The position numbers and the translations under genes were made by a program. This document shows, piece by piece, positions 16,208 to 24,346 of a DNA stretch of 64,000 nt. The notes below the pieces were generated by a model that was not told the origin of the DNA, searched no databases, and saw only the letters and a list, made by a program, of their open reading frames with translations. How positions within the stretch are numbered: position 1 is the stretch's first letter; every line of letters starts with the position of its first letter. The DNA lies in the NCBI GenBank assembly GCA_014360065.1, contig JACIYF010000001.1:9176-73175 (forward strand), given 5' to 3'. This stretch comes from Clostridia bacterium (GTDB lineage: Bacteria; Bacillota; DSM-521; Neomoorellales; JACIYF01).

Positions 16208-16855
16208 ATGATGCAGGAGAGAGTAAACCAGCTAATCGATAAGTGGCAGATCATTTTATTAACCGATGGACGCTTGATGGTCCAGGGCAAGCCTGGGCCC
16301 AAGACTATGGCCGAACTCAAGGCCCTCAAAGAAGAAATCAAGGCCGAGCTTCTGCGCAGGGCTGAGGAGCAAAAGGCCCGGCGCGAGGCTGCTGAGGCCG
16401 AGCGGAAGGCTAGGGAAGAGGCCGAGCGGAAAGACATTCTTGAAGGCCGCCGCCCGATAACCGTTTACTGGTATGATGGCGAGGTCCTGAGCGCCTATAT
16501 GGCCGGCGGAATAGCCGCTGGGTTGCTAGAAGAACTTGGCCTCGCCAAGTACATCGAGGGCTGGGGTTGGAAAGTTAACAAAGAAGTAGTGGAAGCTCTC
16601 GGCACCGAATTCACCTATCAGCAGGCCTATGAATTTGCCCGGCCCGCTATCGAGGCCAAGGCTGAGGCTAAGGCCAAAGCCGAGGCCGTGCAGCAGGCCA
16701 AGTTCCAAGAGGCCAAGGCGACCGGCAGGCCGGTGGTTCTGGCCCATTGGATGGAGCCCTGCAATGATCCGCGTGAGGAATGCGATCTGGATAGCGTGAC
16801 CCAATTGGCTATGCCAGATGGCAGCATCCAAATACAACGAACACATACTTGGTGA
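16208..16855 (+). CDS. hypothetical protein with central charged coiled-coil
   Basis: Start ATGATG after GGAGAAAGG. 215 aa with an EEQKARREAAEAERKAREEAERK segment. No family recognised. Confidence 0.55.
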   Translation: MMQERVNQLIDKWQIILLTDGRLMVQGKPGPKTMAELKALKEEIKAELLRRAEEQKARREAAEAERKAREEAERKDILEGRRPITVYWYDGEVLSAYMAGGIAAGLLEELGLAKYIEGWGWKVNKEVVEALGTEFTYQQAYEFARPAIEAKAEAKAKAEAVQQAKFQEAKATGRPVVLAHWMEPCNDPREECDLDSVTQLAMPDGSIQIQRTHTW

Positions 16856-17043
16856 TTGTGGAGGCTGGCGGGGGTGCAACTCCCCCCTCGGTTCCGGAGA
16901 CACCGCCACACCGTGCGGGGTGCCGCACAGCCCCCACGGTGGCGCGTGAGCGGTGGGGCCACCAGGTGGAGGGGTGCGGCTCAAAGCCTGGTCGCGGGCC
17001 AGTGCCCGGGGCCTCCAGTACATAACCTTTAGGAGGGATTGGC
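16856..17043 (+). other. GC-rich, hairpin-dense intra-operon spacer
   Basis: Hairpins read directly: GGGGG-tgcaact-CCCCC, and CGCCAC...GTGCGG-ggtg-CCGCAC...GTGGCG (nested). There is also long-range GGAGG/CCTCC pairing. Confidence 0.3.
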
Positions 17044-17316
17044 ATGGAGACATGGAAGCTCGAAGTCCGGCGCGCACCGGACGGGTATCGGGGAGATCTC
17101 GACTGCATCGAAATCGTCACCGATAACAATGTCCAAGTTGTTCCTCGACTCTCTCAGGAGCAAACCTGGGATGGGCACGAGGAAGAAACGGTTGTTTGGA
17201 ACGGCCGTCCGGTCGCCATACTGAAAACCTGGTATGGCGACGGTGGCCGGAGCTACCGGGTAGCAGCACAGGAAATTGAACCGCTGCCTGGGACGGAAAT
17301 TGTGTGGATGGACTGA
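17044..17316 (+). CDS. hypothetical protein
   Basis: 90 aa. AGGAGGG RBS 6 nt upstream. Confidence 0.5.
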   Translation: METWKLEVRRAPDGYRGDLDCIEIVTDNNVQVVPRLSQEQTWDGHEEETVVWNGRPVAILKTWYGDGGRSYRVAAQEIEPLPGTEIVWMD

Positions 17317-17330
17317 AGGGAGGTGAGAAG

Positions 17331-17675
17331 ATGGGCTGCGCAATTTGTGGCAAAGAATTAAACAAAAACGCCACGGCGATCAATTTCGCCGTGGCCAGCA
17401 ACGGATGGGTCTGCCCCGAGTGCGCCCGCGTGCTGCACCCGTTAAGGTGTAGCATTTGCGGGGCCGATCTCGGAGGGGTAACTGAAGACCCCTCCGAGGT
17501 TATCGGGCCAGGCGCGCTCCTGCGCCTGGCCCAGGGAGACCGGTCGGCGCGGCCTGGTGTCGCGTGCGACCGGTGCTGGGATCTGGTGTTTTTTGCTGAA
17601 TTGCTCGGGCGTATACCCGAGCTGATTCAGCAGAAAGATCTAGTCCTCCAGCGTATTTTGAAGCTGGAGGACTAA
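17331..17675 (+). CDS. hypothetical multi-CxxC zinc-ribbon protein
   Basis: Start ATG after GGGAGGTGAG. The protein contains CAICG, CPEC, CSICG and CDRC. Confidence 0.5.
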   Translation: MGCAICGKELNKNATAINFAVASNGWVCPECARVLHPLRCSICGADLGGVTEDPSEVIGPGALLRLAQGDRSARPGVACDRCWDLVFFAELLGRIPELIQQKDLVLQRILKLED

Positions 17676-17722
17676 GGCCATCACCCCGATGACGGCCCGG
17701 CCTGAGGGGAAAGGAGGAAACA

Positions 17723-18007
17723 ATGATGCGGTTCAACTGCAGGCGGGAAAATACTCCCGCCGAGACTGCGCGGACTCTTGTCTGCGCAGGATGCTGGCAG
17801 GATAGGCCAGAGTGCCCTGGCCGAACGCCAGCCTGTGAGTTCCGGTTCAAGGAGCTACAGCGGGCAGGCTGGAAAGTTCGCTCGCGGGACGTCGTTGCCC
17901 ATGCTGGGGCAAGCGCTCGCGGGCACTGGGCAACTTTCCGTGTAGTTATTGTCACCATTACTTCCCCGGACGGGGAAGAGTATACGTTCCACATTTATCC
18001 CCGATGA
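17723..18007 (+). CDS. hypothetical Cys-rich protein
   Basis: 94 aa. AAGGAGG RBS. The protein contains CAGCW..CPG..C. Confidence 0.5.
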   Translation: MMRFNCRRENTPAETARTLVCAGCWQDRPECPGRTPACEFRFKELQRAGWKVRSRDVVAHAGASARGHWATFRVVIVTITSPDGEEYTFHIYPR

Positions 18008-18429
18008 CGATCCAGCCCGAGGGGAAGGAGGTATGCAAATTGCTCAGGATAGCGCGCGGGTTGTATGACGATGATGCCGATCTGTCCGTCGGCATCATCA
18101 GGATCGAGAAAGAGATCCAACTGCATAGGACTGCCGAGAGGAGTCTAGTCAGGCTTCTCCCTGGAGATTTGTTCATTTGGGTCGATGATGTCACGGAGTA
18201 TGAATACATCCAGGGGTACTTGGTTCGACAAGGCCCCGATGGGTGCAGATTTATCTACTGCGAATTCGACAAGTACGGAGCGAATTATTCCGTACTTGAC
18301 CCAGCCGAGGCCGAGCAGAGCATGCAAGCCCTCCTACAGGCGTATATGGAGTTCGAGAAAGAACAAGACGAACTAAACAAGGATCCGACTTATGACCCGC
18401 CTAGGTACCTAGTGTCTGGAAGGAGGTGA
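18004..18429 (+). CDS. hypothetical protein
   Basis: 141 aa. ATGA start/stop overlap with the upstream gene. Confidence 0.5.
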   Translation: MTIQPEGKEVCKLLRIARGLYDDDADLSVGIIRIEKEIQLHRTAERSLVRLLPGDLFIWVDDVTEYEYIQGYLVRQGPDGCRFIYCEFDKYGANYSVLDPAEAEQSMQALLQAYMEFEKEQDELNKDPTYDPPRYLVSGRR

Positions 18430-18433
18430 TACC

Positions 18434-18922
18434 ATGCCGGCAAAGACCATTTATATCCGCGAATCCGACCTTGAAATCTTCGACCGCGCCGAAAAGCTCG
18501 GTACCGCCGAGAGCCTTTCCGCCGCCATCGCCGAGGCGTTGCGGCGGTACGTGGCGGCGGAGGAGGCGCGGCTGAAGGGAATGGAAGAGATTACCCTGAC
18601 CGTTGGCACCTGGGGTGGCGGTCAGGGCGAACCCGACACCAAGAAGGTCCGGTTCACCGGGCGGCTCCTGGCCGATGGAAGAACCTACGCCGACCGGGAC
18701 ACTCGGGGAGTGGACTGGGCCATTTACCAGACGAAGAAGGGTCAGATCTTACTCTACCGGGAAACCTGGTCCAGGTGGCAGGGCGAGGAATCTGCTGCCG
18801 TCTACCGCGTCTACCCCAGCCTGGGCGAGCTGGCCGATGCCAACCCGGACTTGCCTGGATCGATTTTGGAGCGGGCTAGGGAAGCGCTGGGGCTAAAAAC
18901 TGTCGAGGAATTGGACGTTTAG
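18434..18922 (+). CDS. RHH-like N-terminus plus EXLDI-type C-terminus protein (tentative)
   Basis: 162 aa. N-terminal KTIYIRESDLEIFDRAEKLG..SLSAAIAEALRRYV resembles a ribbon-helix-helix. The protein ends in VEELDV, resembling the EXLDI family motif as I recall it. Confidence 0.5.
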   Translation: MPAKTIYIRESDLEIFDRAEKLGTAESLSAAIAEALRRYVAAEEARLKGMEEITLTVGTWGGGQGEPDTKKVRFTGRLLADGRTYADRDTRGVDWAIYQTKKGQILLYRETWSRWQGEESAAVYRVYPSLGELADANPDLPGSILERAREALGLKTVEELDV

Positions 18923-18935
18923 AAGGAGGCGGGAG

Positions 18936-18970
18936 AAAGCCGGGCACGAAAGCCCGGCTTTTTTATTTTT
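18936..18970 (+). terminator. rho-independent terminator of the accessory operon
   Basis: GCCGGGC-acgaaa-GCCCGGC stem, followed by TTTTTTATTTTT. Confidence 0.7.
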
Positions 18971-18975
18971 CCCGG

Positions 18976-19047
18976 AGCCGCCGGGGAGATTTGAACCCCC
19001 AACCTGCCGATTACAAGTCGGCGGCTCTACCGTTGAGCTACGGCGGC
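18976..19047 (-). tRNA. tRNA-Thr (anticodon UGU)
   Basis: 72-nt cloverleaf folded by hand. Acceptor GCCGCCG/CGGCGGC, D arm GCTC-AACGGTA-GAGC, anticodon arm GCCGA-CTTGTAA-TCGGC, variable AGGTT, T arm GGGGG-TTCAAAT-CTCCC. CCA is not encoded. Confidence 0.85.
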
Positions 19048-19373
19048 TCAGTTCTAATCACATGCCATTCTGCCTGCCCCGTCAATCTCCGCAGTGCCTC
19101 TGCCTGCTCTTCGGCTATCTTTCTATCCCACCATGCCTTTGAGACTACTCGATAAGGACCGGAGGCTACCCGGATACTGCCCTCATACTCTTCCGGCTTG
19201 GTGGAACCTAAAAGAGCCACAGCCAGCACCTCATAACCCATGGCTTCACCCAAGGCGCGGAATTTTTCCTCGGCCTCTCCCGGTGTAACCGCTCGCACTC
19301 TGGTTTGGATATACCAGCTCTCACGCTGGCAGGAAGGATAGAAAGGGCAATCAAGCTCGACCGGGCAGGACAT
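19038..19373 (-). CDS. hypothetical protein downstream of endolysin
   Basis: Start ATG 19373 after GGAGGG. 111 aa. The last 3 codons plus the stop overlap the 5' acceptor strand of tRNA-Thr. Confidence 0.45.
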   Translation of the reverse strand: MSCPVELDCPFYPSCQRESWYIQTRVRAVTPGEAEEKFRALGEAMGYEVLAVALLGSTKPEEYEGSIRVASGPYRVVSKAWWDRKIAEEQAEALRRLTGQAEWHVIRTEPP

Positions 19374-19384
19374 GTAAGTCCCTC

Positions 19385-20659
19385 CTAACCCTTCGGCTGG
19401 AGCCACACCGGGTACCAGCGGCCATTACCGACGCAGATATACAGTCCCCGGCCCCTGTACCCGTCTCCGAACCACAGCTCGCCGGCTACGTTTTGCATCT
19501 TCGCATTCGGGACAAGTACCACTCCAGCCTTTGGCCTGTCGGCATCCGTAGCAGGAGCAGGAGTTCCAGTATTGTCTCCCGGCTTAGGGGCGGAACCATC
19601 TTCTTCCGTAGCCATGAGATCGCTGAGATAATCCCGGACTATGCTTTTCCCGTAGTCCGGGTTGGGTGCCCATTTATCTTTGCCGCCGAGCGCTTCTACA
19701 GTTGTTGCCGTGCCCTTAATCCTCTCGAAGTGTCTCGGGTCAGGGGTATTCTTCAGTGGATAACCAGGAGCCCCAGCATAGAGAGCCAAATGATCGCGGT
19801 GGGCCTTGACCCCGGTCAGCCAGTCGGGAAATCTTGCGTGATCTTCCCTCGCATCCCCCTTGGGCTTGGTGACTTTGAGGCCGCACGGGTTGTGCATGTC
19901 GGGAGTCACCGCGCCGCCGAACTTCCCAAAACCCGTTTCCTTGGCTGCTTGGGCATAGGCCACTTCGGGCCGGACAGGAGAAGCTATGCTCCAGTACAGA
20001 TTGGCAAGGTTTATGAACTCCTCTGTGGCCCCGCGCTTTTTCGCCCACGCTTTGGCCTGCCCAACAGTAGCCTGCGGGCTGCCGAGGATGGGTGTCCCTA
20101 CTGGTGCCTGGACGAACGGTATTCCGGCCCACCTGAGAATGCCCTTGGCATCGGCGATGGCGCACTTCTCGCGGAAGTCGCCGGACTTCAACAGCTCGCA
20201 TTCTTCCTTGTTGGTGTAAAACCCATGCTCAATAAGCACGGCAGGCATGTTGGTTTCCCGGAGGACGTAAAAGTTCTCTTCCTTAACCCCTCTGTCCTTG
20301 AGGCCGAGAAGGGGAATGCTTTCGGCCCGGATAGCTTCCGCTATTTTCTCCGCCTGCCCGCCGCGCTTCCAGATGTAGATCTCCCAGCCCCGGACATCAT
20401 TCCAGGTGGTGCCATAGGCATTGGCGTGAATCGAAACGAACACGTCAGCCTTGGCCTCGTTTGCTATCCTGCGCCGCTCGGCCAAGGACACATCGGCATC
20501 AGTAGGAGCAGTAAGCACCACCTTCACGCCGGCCAGCTCAAGGTATTTCTTCAGCCGCTGGGCCACATCCCGGTTGAACTCGTACTCCCGGAGCGTCCCG
20601 TCAAAGCTCCTTTTGCCTGCCGTCTCAATGCCGTGGCCAGCATCTATGCACACCAACAT
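19385..20659 (-). CDS. endolysin: N-acetylmuramoyl-L-alanine amidase (Amidase_3-type) with glucosaminidase-like domain
   Basis: MLVCIDAGHG...VFVSIHANA amidase_3 blocks. Central AYAQAAKETGFGKFGG glucosaminidase-like block. Adjacent to the holin gene. Confidence 0.85.
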   Translation of the reverse strand: MLVCIDAGHGIETAGKRSFDGTLREYEFNRDVAQRLKKYLELAGVKVVLTAPTDADVSLAERRRIANEAKADVFVSIHANAYGTTWNDVRGWEIYIWKRGGQAEKIAEAIRAESIPLLGLKDRGVKEENFYVLRETNMPAVLIEHGFYTNKEECELLKSGDFREKCAIADAKGILRWAGIPFVQAPVGTPILGSPQATVGQAKAWAKKRGATEEFINLANLYWSIASPVRPEVAYAQAAKETGFGKFGGAVTPDMHNPCGLKVTKPKGDAREDHARFPDWLTGVKAHRDHLALYAGAPGYPLKNTPDPRHFERIKGTATTVEALGGKDKWAPNPDYGKSIVRDYLSDLMATEEDGSAPKPGDNTGTPAPATDADRPKAGVVLVPNAKMQNVAGELWFGDGYRGRGLYICVGNGRWYPVWLQPKG

Positions 20660-20673
20660 AGCCCATCACCTTT

Positions 20674-21078
20674 TCACTGTTCTTGTTTTTCTTGGGATAA
20701 CTGCCCCAGCGCATTCTTCAGGGCATCCGGCACCGGTATGCCGCACCGGGAAAGGTTTTCGATGATGCTCAGTCCCTCGTTGGCCAGGTAGAAGAATATG
20801 GCCAGGTTGCGGAATACCTGCTGACCCAGCACCTGGTCCAGGTAGTAACCCAGCGCCACGGGAACGAATAGCAGGATTTTCTTGGCAATACCCTTCAAGC
20901 CAATGTCAGAGTTTAGCTTCCTCTCGAACCAAGCCGCTGTTACTCCTGTTGCATAGTCTAATATGACGAACACAACCAGGACTTTCAGCGCCAAGTCCCA
21001 CCCCCCCAGTGCAGTCGAGATGGCGGTACCAAGGACCGCAAAGACGGTTTTGAACCAAACCAGTGCCTGCTCATTCAT
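20674..21078 (-). CDS. holin (phage_holin_4-like)
   Basis: Start MNEQ after GGGAGGGG. Hydrophobic segments plus DYATGV and FYLANEGLSIIEN blocks. Confidence 0.75.
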   Translation of the reverse strand: MNEQALVWFKTVFAVLGTAISTALGGWDLALKVLVVFVILDYATGVTAAWFERKLNSDIGLKGIAKKILLFVPVALGYYLDQVLGQQVFRNLAIFFYLANEGLSIIENLSRCGIPVPDALKNALGQLSQEKQEQ

Positions 21079-21094
21079 AAATACCCCTCCCATC

Positions 21095-21118
21095 AAAAAA
21101 GCCGCCTACTTCGGCGGC
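21095..21118 (-). terminator. hairpin plus T-tract between tail-fibre genes and the lysis cassette
   Basis: Minus strand: GCCGCC-gaagta-GGCGGC, then TTTTTT. Confidence 0.5.
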
Positions 21119-21270
21119 CTCAAATCATGTTTGGGTTTCCACTTCGGGTCTCGGGCGGCCTCGCGCTCCTGGAGTTCGGCGAGAGCGGCTTCGAGTTTTT
21201 CCTCCTTAGTCAGCTCACGTATTACTACAGTAACCGTTTTTTCCTGCCTTTTTTCCTGTACTTCTTTCAT
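21106..21270 (-). CDS. hypothetical small charged protein (54 aa, below track cutoff)
   Basis: Hand translation: MKEVQEKRQEKTVTVVIRELTKEEKLEAALAELQEREAARDPKWKPKHDLRPPK. ATGA overlap with the upstream gene. Confidence 0.35.
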   Translation of the reverse strand: MKEVQEKRQEKTVTVVIRELTKEEKLEAALAELQEREAARDPKWKPKHDLRPPK

Positions 21271-21767
21271 TCCACTTTCACCCCTACCCGTTGTACTCCG
21301 TGGTGTTCGCTGGAGACTGCAATGCTGTATGCACCAGGCATGGTAAAGGCATAGGCATGGCTTGCCTGCCCGTTTAAAACCGGTTCGGTATAGGCTTGTC
21401 CGCCAGCCAATTGGAACACCACTGCTGTATCGGGTGAACTCGGAGGCAAAGTAGCAGTTATTATCACAGTTTCATTTACTGCCGCCGGATTAGGTGCGGC
21501 TTCTGCCGTAAGCCGGGCATAAGTCTTGACTCCAATAGGTGTTTTTTTATCATCAAACAGGAGTTCGTATGAGCCCGCTTCCATTATCTCCTGTACCAGC
21601 GGGTTACTGTCGTTCAATCTGTATTCCGCGTAATCTTCCGGTGTACCGCCGTACTTCCGAACGGCATTCTGTACTTCTGCCTCAAATGGTGGCCCATCGG
21701 GAAGATAAGAGTTGGTGCCACTGTTTGAGGCAATCTTGCCGTCTGATTTGCAGTAGATTATCAGCAT
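21267..21767 (-). CDS. hypothetical tail-region protein
   Basis: 166-aa ORF located between the tail-fibre and lysis genes. Confidence 0.5.
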   Translation of the reverse strand: MLIIYCKSDGKIASNSGTNSYLPDGPPFEAEVQNAVRKYGGTPEDYAEYRLNDSNPLVQEIMEAGSYELLFDDKKTPIGVKTYARLTAEAAPNPAAVNETVIITATLPPSSPDTAVVFQLAGGQAYTEPVLNGQASHAYAFTMPGAYSIAVSSEHHGVQRVGVKVE

Positions 21768-21778
21768 GTACTTCCCTC

Positions 21779-22684
21779 CTATCCTAATGCTACCCAGTAA
21801 TAAGTTGTACCACTGTAATTCAGGTGGCTAGGATCAGCACTATAGCCCACGGTAAAGCCGTTGGTTGTTATTCCTGGAATCTGGTATGGGGCATTTCTCG
21901 TAGCAAAAAACTTTGCCGAAACATATTGACCAGCAAAGATCCCCCATGCACCGCTACTGGGTCGCAGGCTGATTTGGTGGCCGTCAGTGCCATTAGCCAC
22001 GCCGGTGTTTACGATAACAAACTTAGGAGTAAATCCAACAGTGATGGTTCTGCTGGATGCTCCATCGCCTACATACGAGCCAGAGGCGATCCTGCCAAAG
22101 TTTGCACCGTGTATTCCATCGACGGTGTCTGCATCTAGTCCGCTCCCCGCACCGTCGTTGCCTGCATGCCATGCAGTGCTGCCGCCGATGGTCGCTCCAG
22201 CAGGTAGGTCAAGAGGCAACTGCGCCCAGGCCGTGCCATCGTCGCGGTAAATCTTTTTAGTGTCCGTGGCGATGTAAATTCTTCCCGCCACACCTGCAGC
22301 AGGTTTGTTTGCGTCGATATCAGCCATTATACTCGGCGTCGCACCGGCGTTTTGGATTGCCCCAATATCCCCCGGCGTCAGCGGGTCTGGGCCGTTGGTG
22401 GCGTGGCGGCTTTTGTGGGCCTTGAGGTCTGCCAGCGTGAGGTCTGGCGCATCATACCAGTTGGTCTTGCCGGTGATGGCCTTTATCCTGTTGGCAAACC
22501 AGTCCAGCAGTTGGCGCAGGGTCCCGATGTTGCTGGTTGGTGCCTGAGTCGGGTCAATAGTGCGGGAACCTTCCTCCACGGCTTGGACATTACCTTCTAT
22601 CCGGTTGAAATCTTGGGCCGTCGGAATGTTCCCGGCGGCCCAGTTGGTTTTTGGGGTTTGGTAGCCAGTCGGTGCAGTTCCCAC
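21779..22684 (-). CDS. tail fibre-like protein
   Basis: 301 aa, Gly/Ala/Thr-rich. Called from its position distal to the baseplate genes. Confidence 0.5.
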   Translation of the reverse strand: MGTAPTGYQTPKTNWAAGNIPTAQDFNRIEGNVQAVEEGSRTIDPTQAPTSNIGTLRQLLDWFANRIKAITGKTNWYDAPDLTLADLKAHKSRHATNGPDPLTPGDIGAIQNAGATPSIMADIDANKPAAGVAGRIYIATDTKKIYRDDGTAWAQLPLDLPAGATIGGSTAWHAGNDGAGSGLDADTVDGIHGANFGRIASGSYVGDGASSRTITVGFTPKFVIVNTGVANGTDGHQISLRPSSGAWGIFAGQYVSAKFFATRNAPYQIPGITTNGFTVGYSADPSHLNYSGTTYYWVALG

Positions 22685-22853
22685 TTAGCTTGCCCTCCTT
22701 CCCGAAAGTTTCGCTCGTAAAGCGCCACTGAATTCCAGCTCTTGCTTGGTCACAAAGTAATCGTTCCGCTCGTTCTTATCCACCACGGTTATCCTGTCAG
22801 CCAAAAGTAACGCCGGGTTACCCCGGCCTTATTCAACATTCGCTCCCCGTTAG

Positions 22854-24104
22854 TTATGCAACCAACACTTTCGCTGCCCTCTGTGCATCAGGGCCATCGA
22901 AATCAAGTTTTAAGGTCGTATCTGCGTCCACGGGCAGTGGCGCATTGCTGGCATAGGCATCCGCTATCTCTGCATCTGTGCGGGCACGGCTGGAGATGCG
23001 GAGGTCGTCGATAAGACCATTCCAGTAGTAGGTATTTCCGTCCCAAAAACCAACAAACAACTCGTCAGGAAAGTTACCAGCTAGCGTTGCTGCTGTGATA
23101 ATAACTGCAACTCCGTCTACAAACAATTTAACAGTTGTTCCGTCATACGTTAGCGCCCAATAGTGCATAGTTGTCGGTTCAGAAAGTGTACTGCCTGTTT
23201 TTGCTACAACCGTACTTCCGTTCCAGTACGAGATATAAGGCCGATTACTACCGTCTAAGGCTACATCAATGTAGCGGTTGGCCGCATTTGCCCCAGTGCC
23301 CTTAACAAGTGCTATAGGAACACGATAAGTAACTCCACTAACGTTAGTTCTTCCAAGCCATTCAATAGTCCAAGGGCCACCCGCCGACAGCACCCCCGCC
23401 GTGGGGATGGTCAGGGTTTCGGGGGAGCGGGTGGAAGGATGAAATGATGTTGCATATGCTTTCTGCTCAACTTGTAAATTATCAACATAGATACTTGCAT
23501 TGGTAATATCCTGGTAGATTTCTATGCGGAAGAAAATAGCATCCGCATCGCTCCGCATTGTCCGTATAACGGTTAACCTTTGCCAGGTATCAGTAGCGGT
23601 TGCCGCTTGACTATTAGTTTCCTGATAGCCCACCGTATTATGGTCAAACGCCCTCAAGTATACTTTGCTAGGGTTTATCCCTGAAGCAGAAGGAATATAA
23701 ACGTAGACAGAAAAAGCGTAAACCGCTCCAGCAGTTAAACCATTTAAACTTGCTTGTGAGCCCAACCCAAAGTACCTATCTACTCTTCCTGCCGTTGCAT
23801 CTGTAGTAATCTTTAATGAACTTGCACCGCCAAATTTCTGGGCAGTATCTAAAGTAGGTGTAGCTATCCCCGCATGACTTCCAGCAACTCCCCCTAGAGT
23901 CGGAACAGCAATCTCACAGTCACCATTGGCCAGCTTGTTCGTCGTCCCCTCCTCCACCATCACCGCCTGGCCGAATTTGCCAGTCTCGTAGCGGGCATTA
24001 TGGAGGTGATAAAGCTTCCCTTTGCTATCATAAGCCAAGCTTTGGCGGCTAAAGCTATATCGACTGTAAATGTCAACGATTGAACGCCTGATTACCTGGA
24101 TCAT
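22854..24104 (-). CDS. receptor-binding-type protein with carbohydrate-binding and LamG-like (concanavalin-type lectin) regions
   Basis: 416 aa. The C-terminal ...YYWNGLIDDLRISSRARTDAEI is LamG-like. Called partly from its position in the tail-tip module. Confidence 0.5.
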   Translation of the reverse strand: MIQVIRRSIVDIYSRYSFSRQSLAYDSKGKLYHLHNARYETGKFGQAVMVEEGTTNKLANGDCEIAVPTLGGVAGSHAGIATPTLDTAQKFGGASSLKITTDATAGRVDRYFGLGSQASLNGLTAGAVYAFSVYVYIPSASGINPSKVYLRAFDHNTVGYQETNSQAATATDTWQRLTVIRTMRSDADAIFFRIEIYQDITNASIYVDNLQVEQKAYATSFHPSTRSPETLTIPTAGVLSAGGPWTIEWLGRTNVSGVTYRVPIALVKGTGANAANRYIDVALDGSNRPYISYWNGSTVVAKTGSTLSEPTTMHYWALTYDGTTVKLFVDGVAVIITAATLAGNFPDELFVGFWDGNTYYWNGLIDDLRISSRARTDAEIADAYASNAPLPVDADTTLKLDFDGPDAQRAAKVLVA

Positions 24105-24346
24105 GCTGGCTCACCTGCCGGTTCTTGCACTTCCCACGGGAAAACAACCCCTCCAATCTGTTTCGGAAAGTTCATCCGCAAATCCGGCAGAAACACTTTT
24201 TCGGCATACTCGTATACTTCTTGCTCTGTCTCGCAAGAAACAGTTGTTCTTCCCTCCAGCACCACATTGCTTGCTTCATCTTTTACTGTTATATCCGCCT
24301 GCCATAGCCAGTCGCCAATATTGCTAATTACAATTTCATAAGTCAT
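24101..24346 (-). CDS. hypothetical protein
   Basis: 81-aa ORF with overlapping start/stop packing. Confidence 0.45.
   Translation of the reverse strand: MTYEIVISNIGDWLWQADITVKDEASNVVLEGRTTVSCETEQEVYEYAEKVFLPDLRMNFPKQIGGVVFPWEVQEPAGEPA

Noticed and set aside
16853-17032. Possible UGA read-through or selenocysteine: the stop of 16208..16855 is followed in frame by 58 stop-free codons and a hairpin ~15 nt downstream
   Set aside because: The extension translates to Arg/Pro/Gly-rich sequence (LWRLAGVQLPPRFRRHRH...), typical of GC-rich non-coding DNA. The hairpin lacks features I could equate with a bacterial SECIS element. A stop-free run of this length is not surprising at this GC content.
16526-17455. 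Several minus-strand ORFs (16526..17077, 16627..16962, 16809..17129, 17029..17343, 17117..17455)
   Set aside because: They are mutually overlapping shadow frames opposite the plus-strand operon and its GC-rich spacer. The translations are low-complexity and there are no start-site signals.
19493-20791. 432-aa plus-strand ORF antisense to the endolysin and holin (similarly 28018..29316, antisense to the tape measure)
   Set aside because: It is a shadow ORF opposite well-supported genes. It has no RBS or motif support, and its composition is not protein-like.
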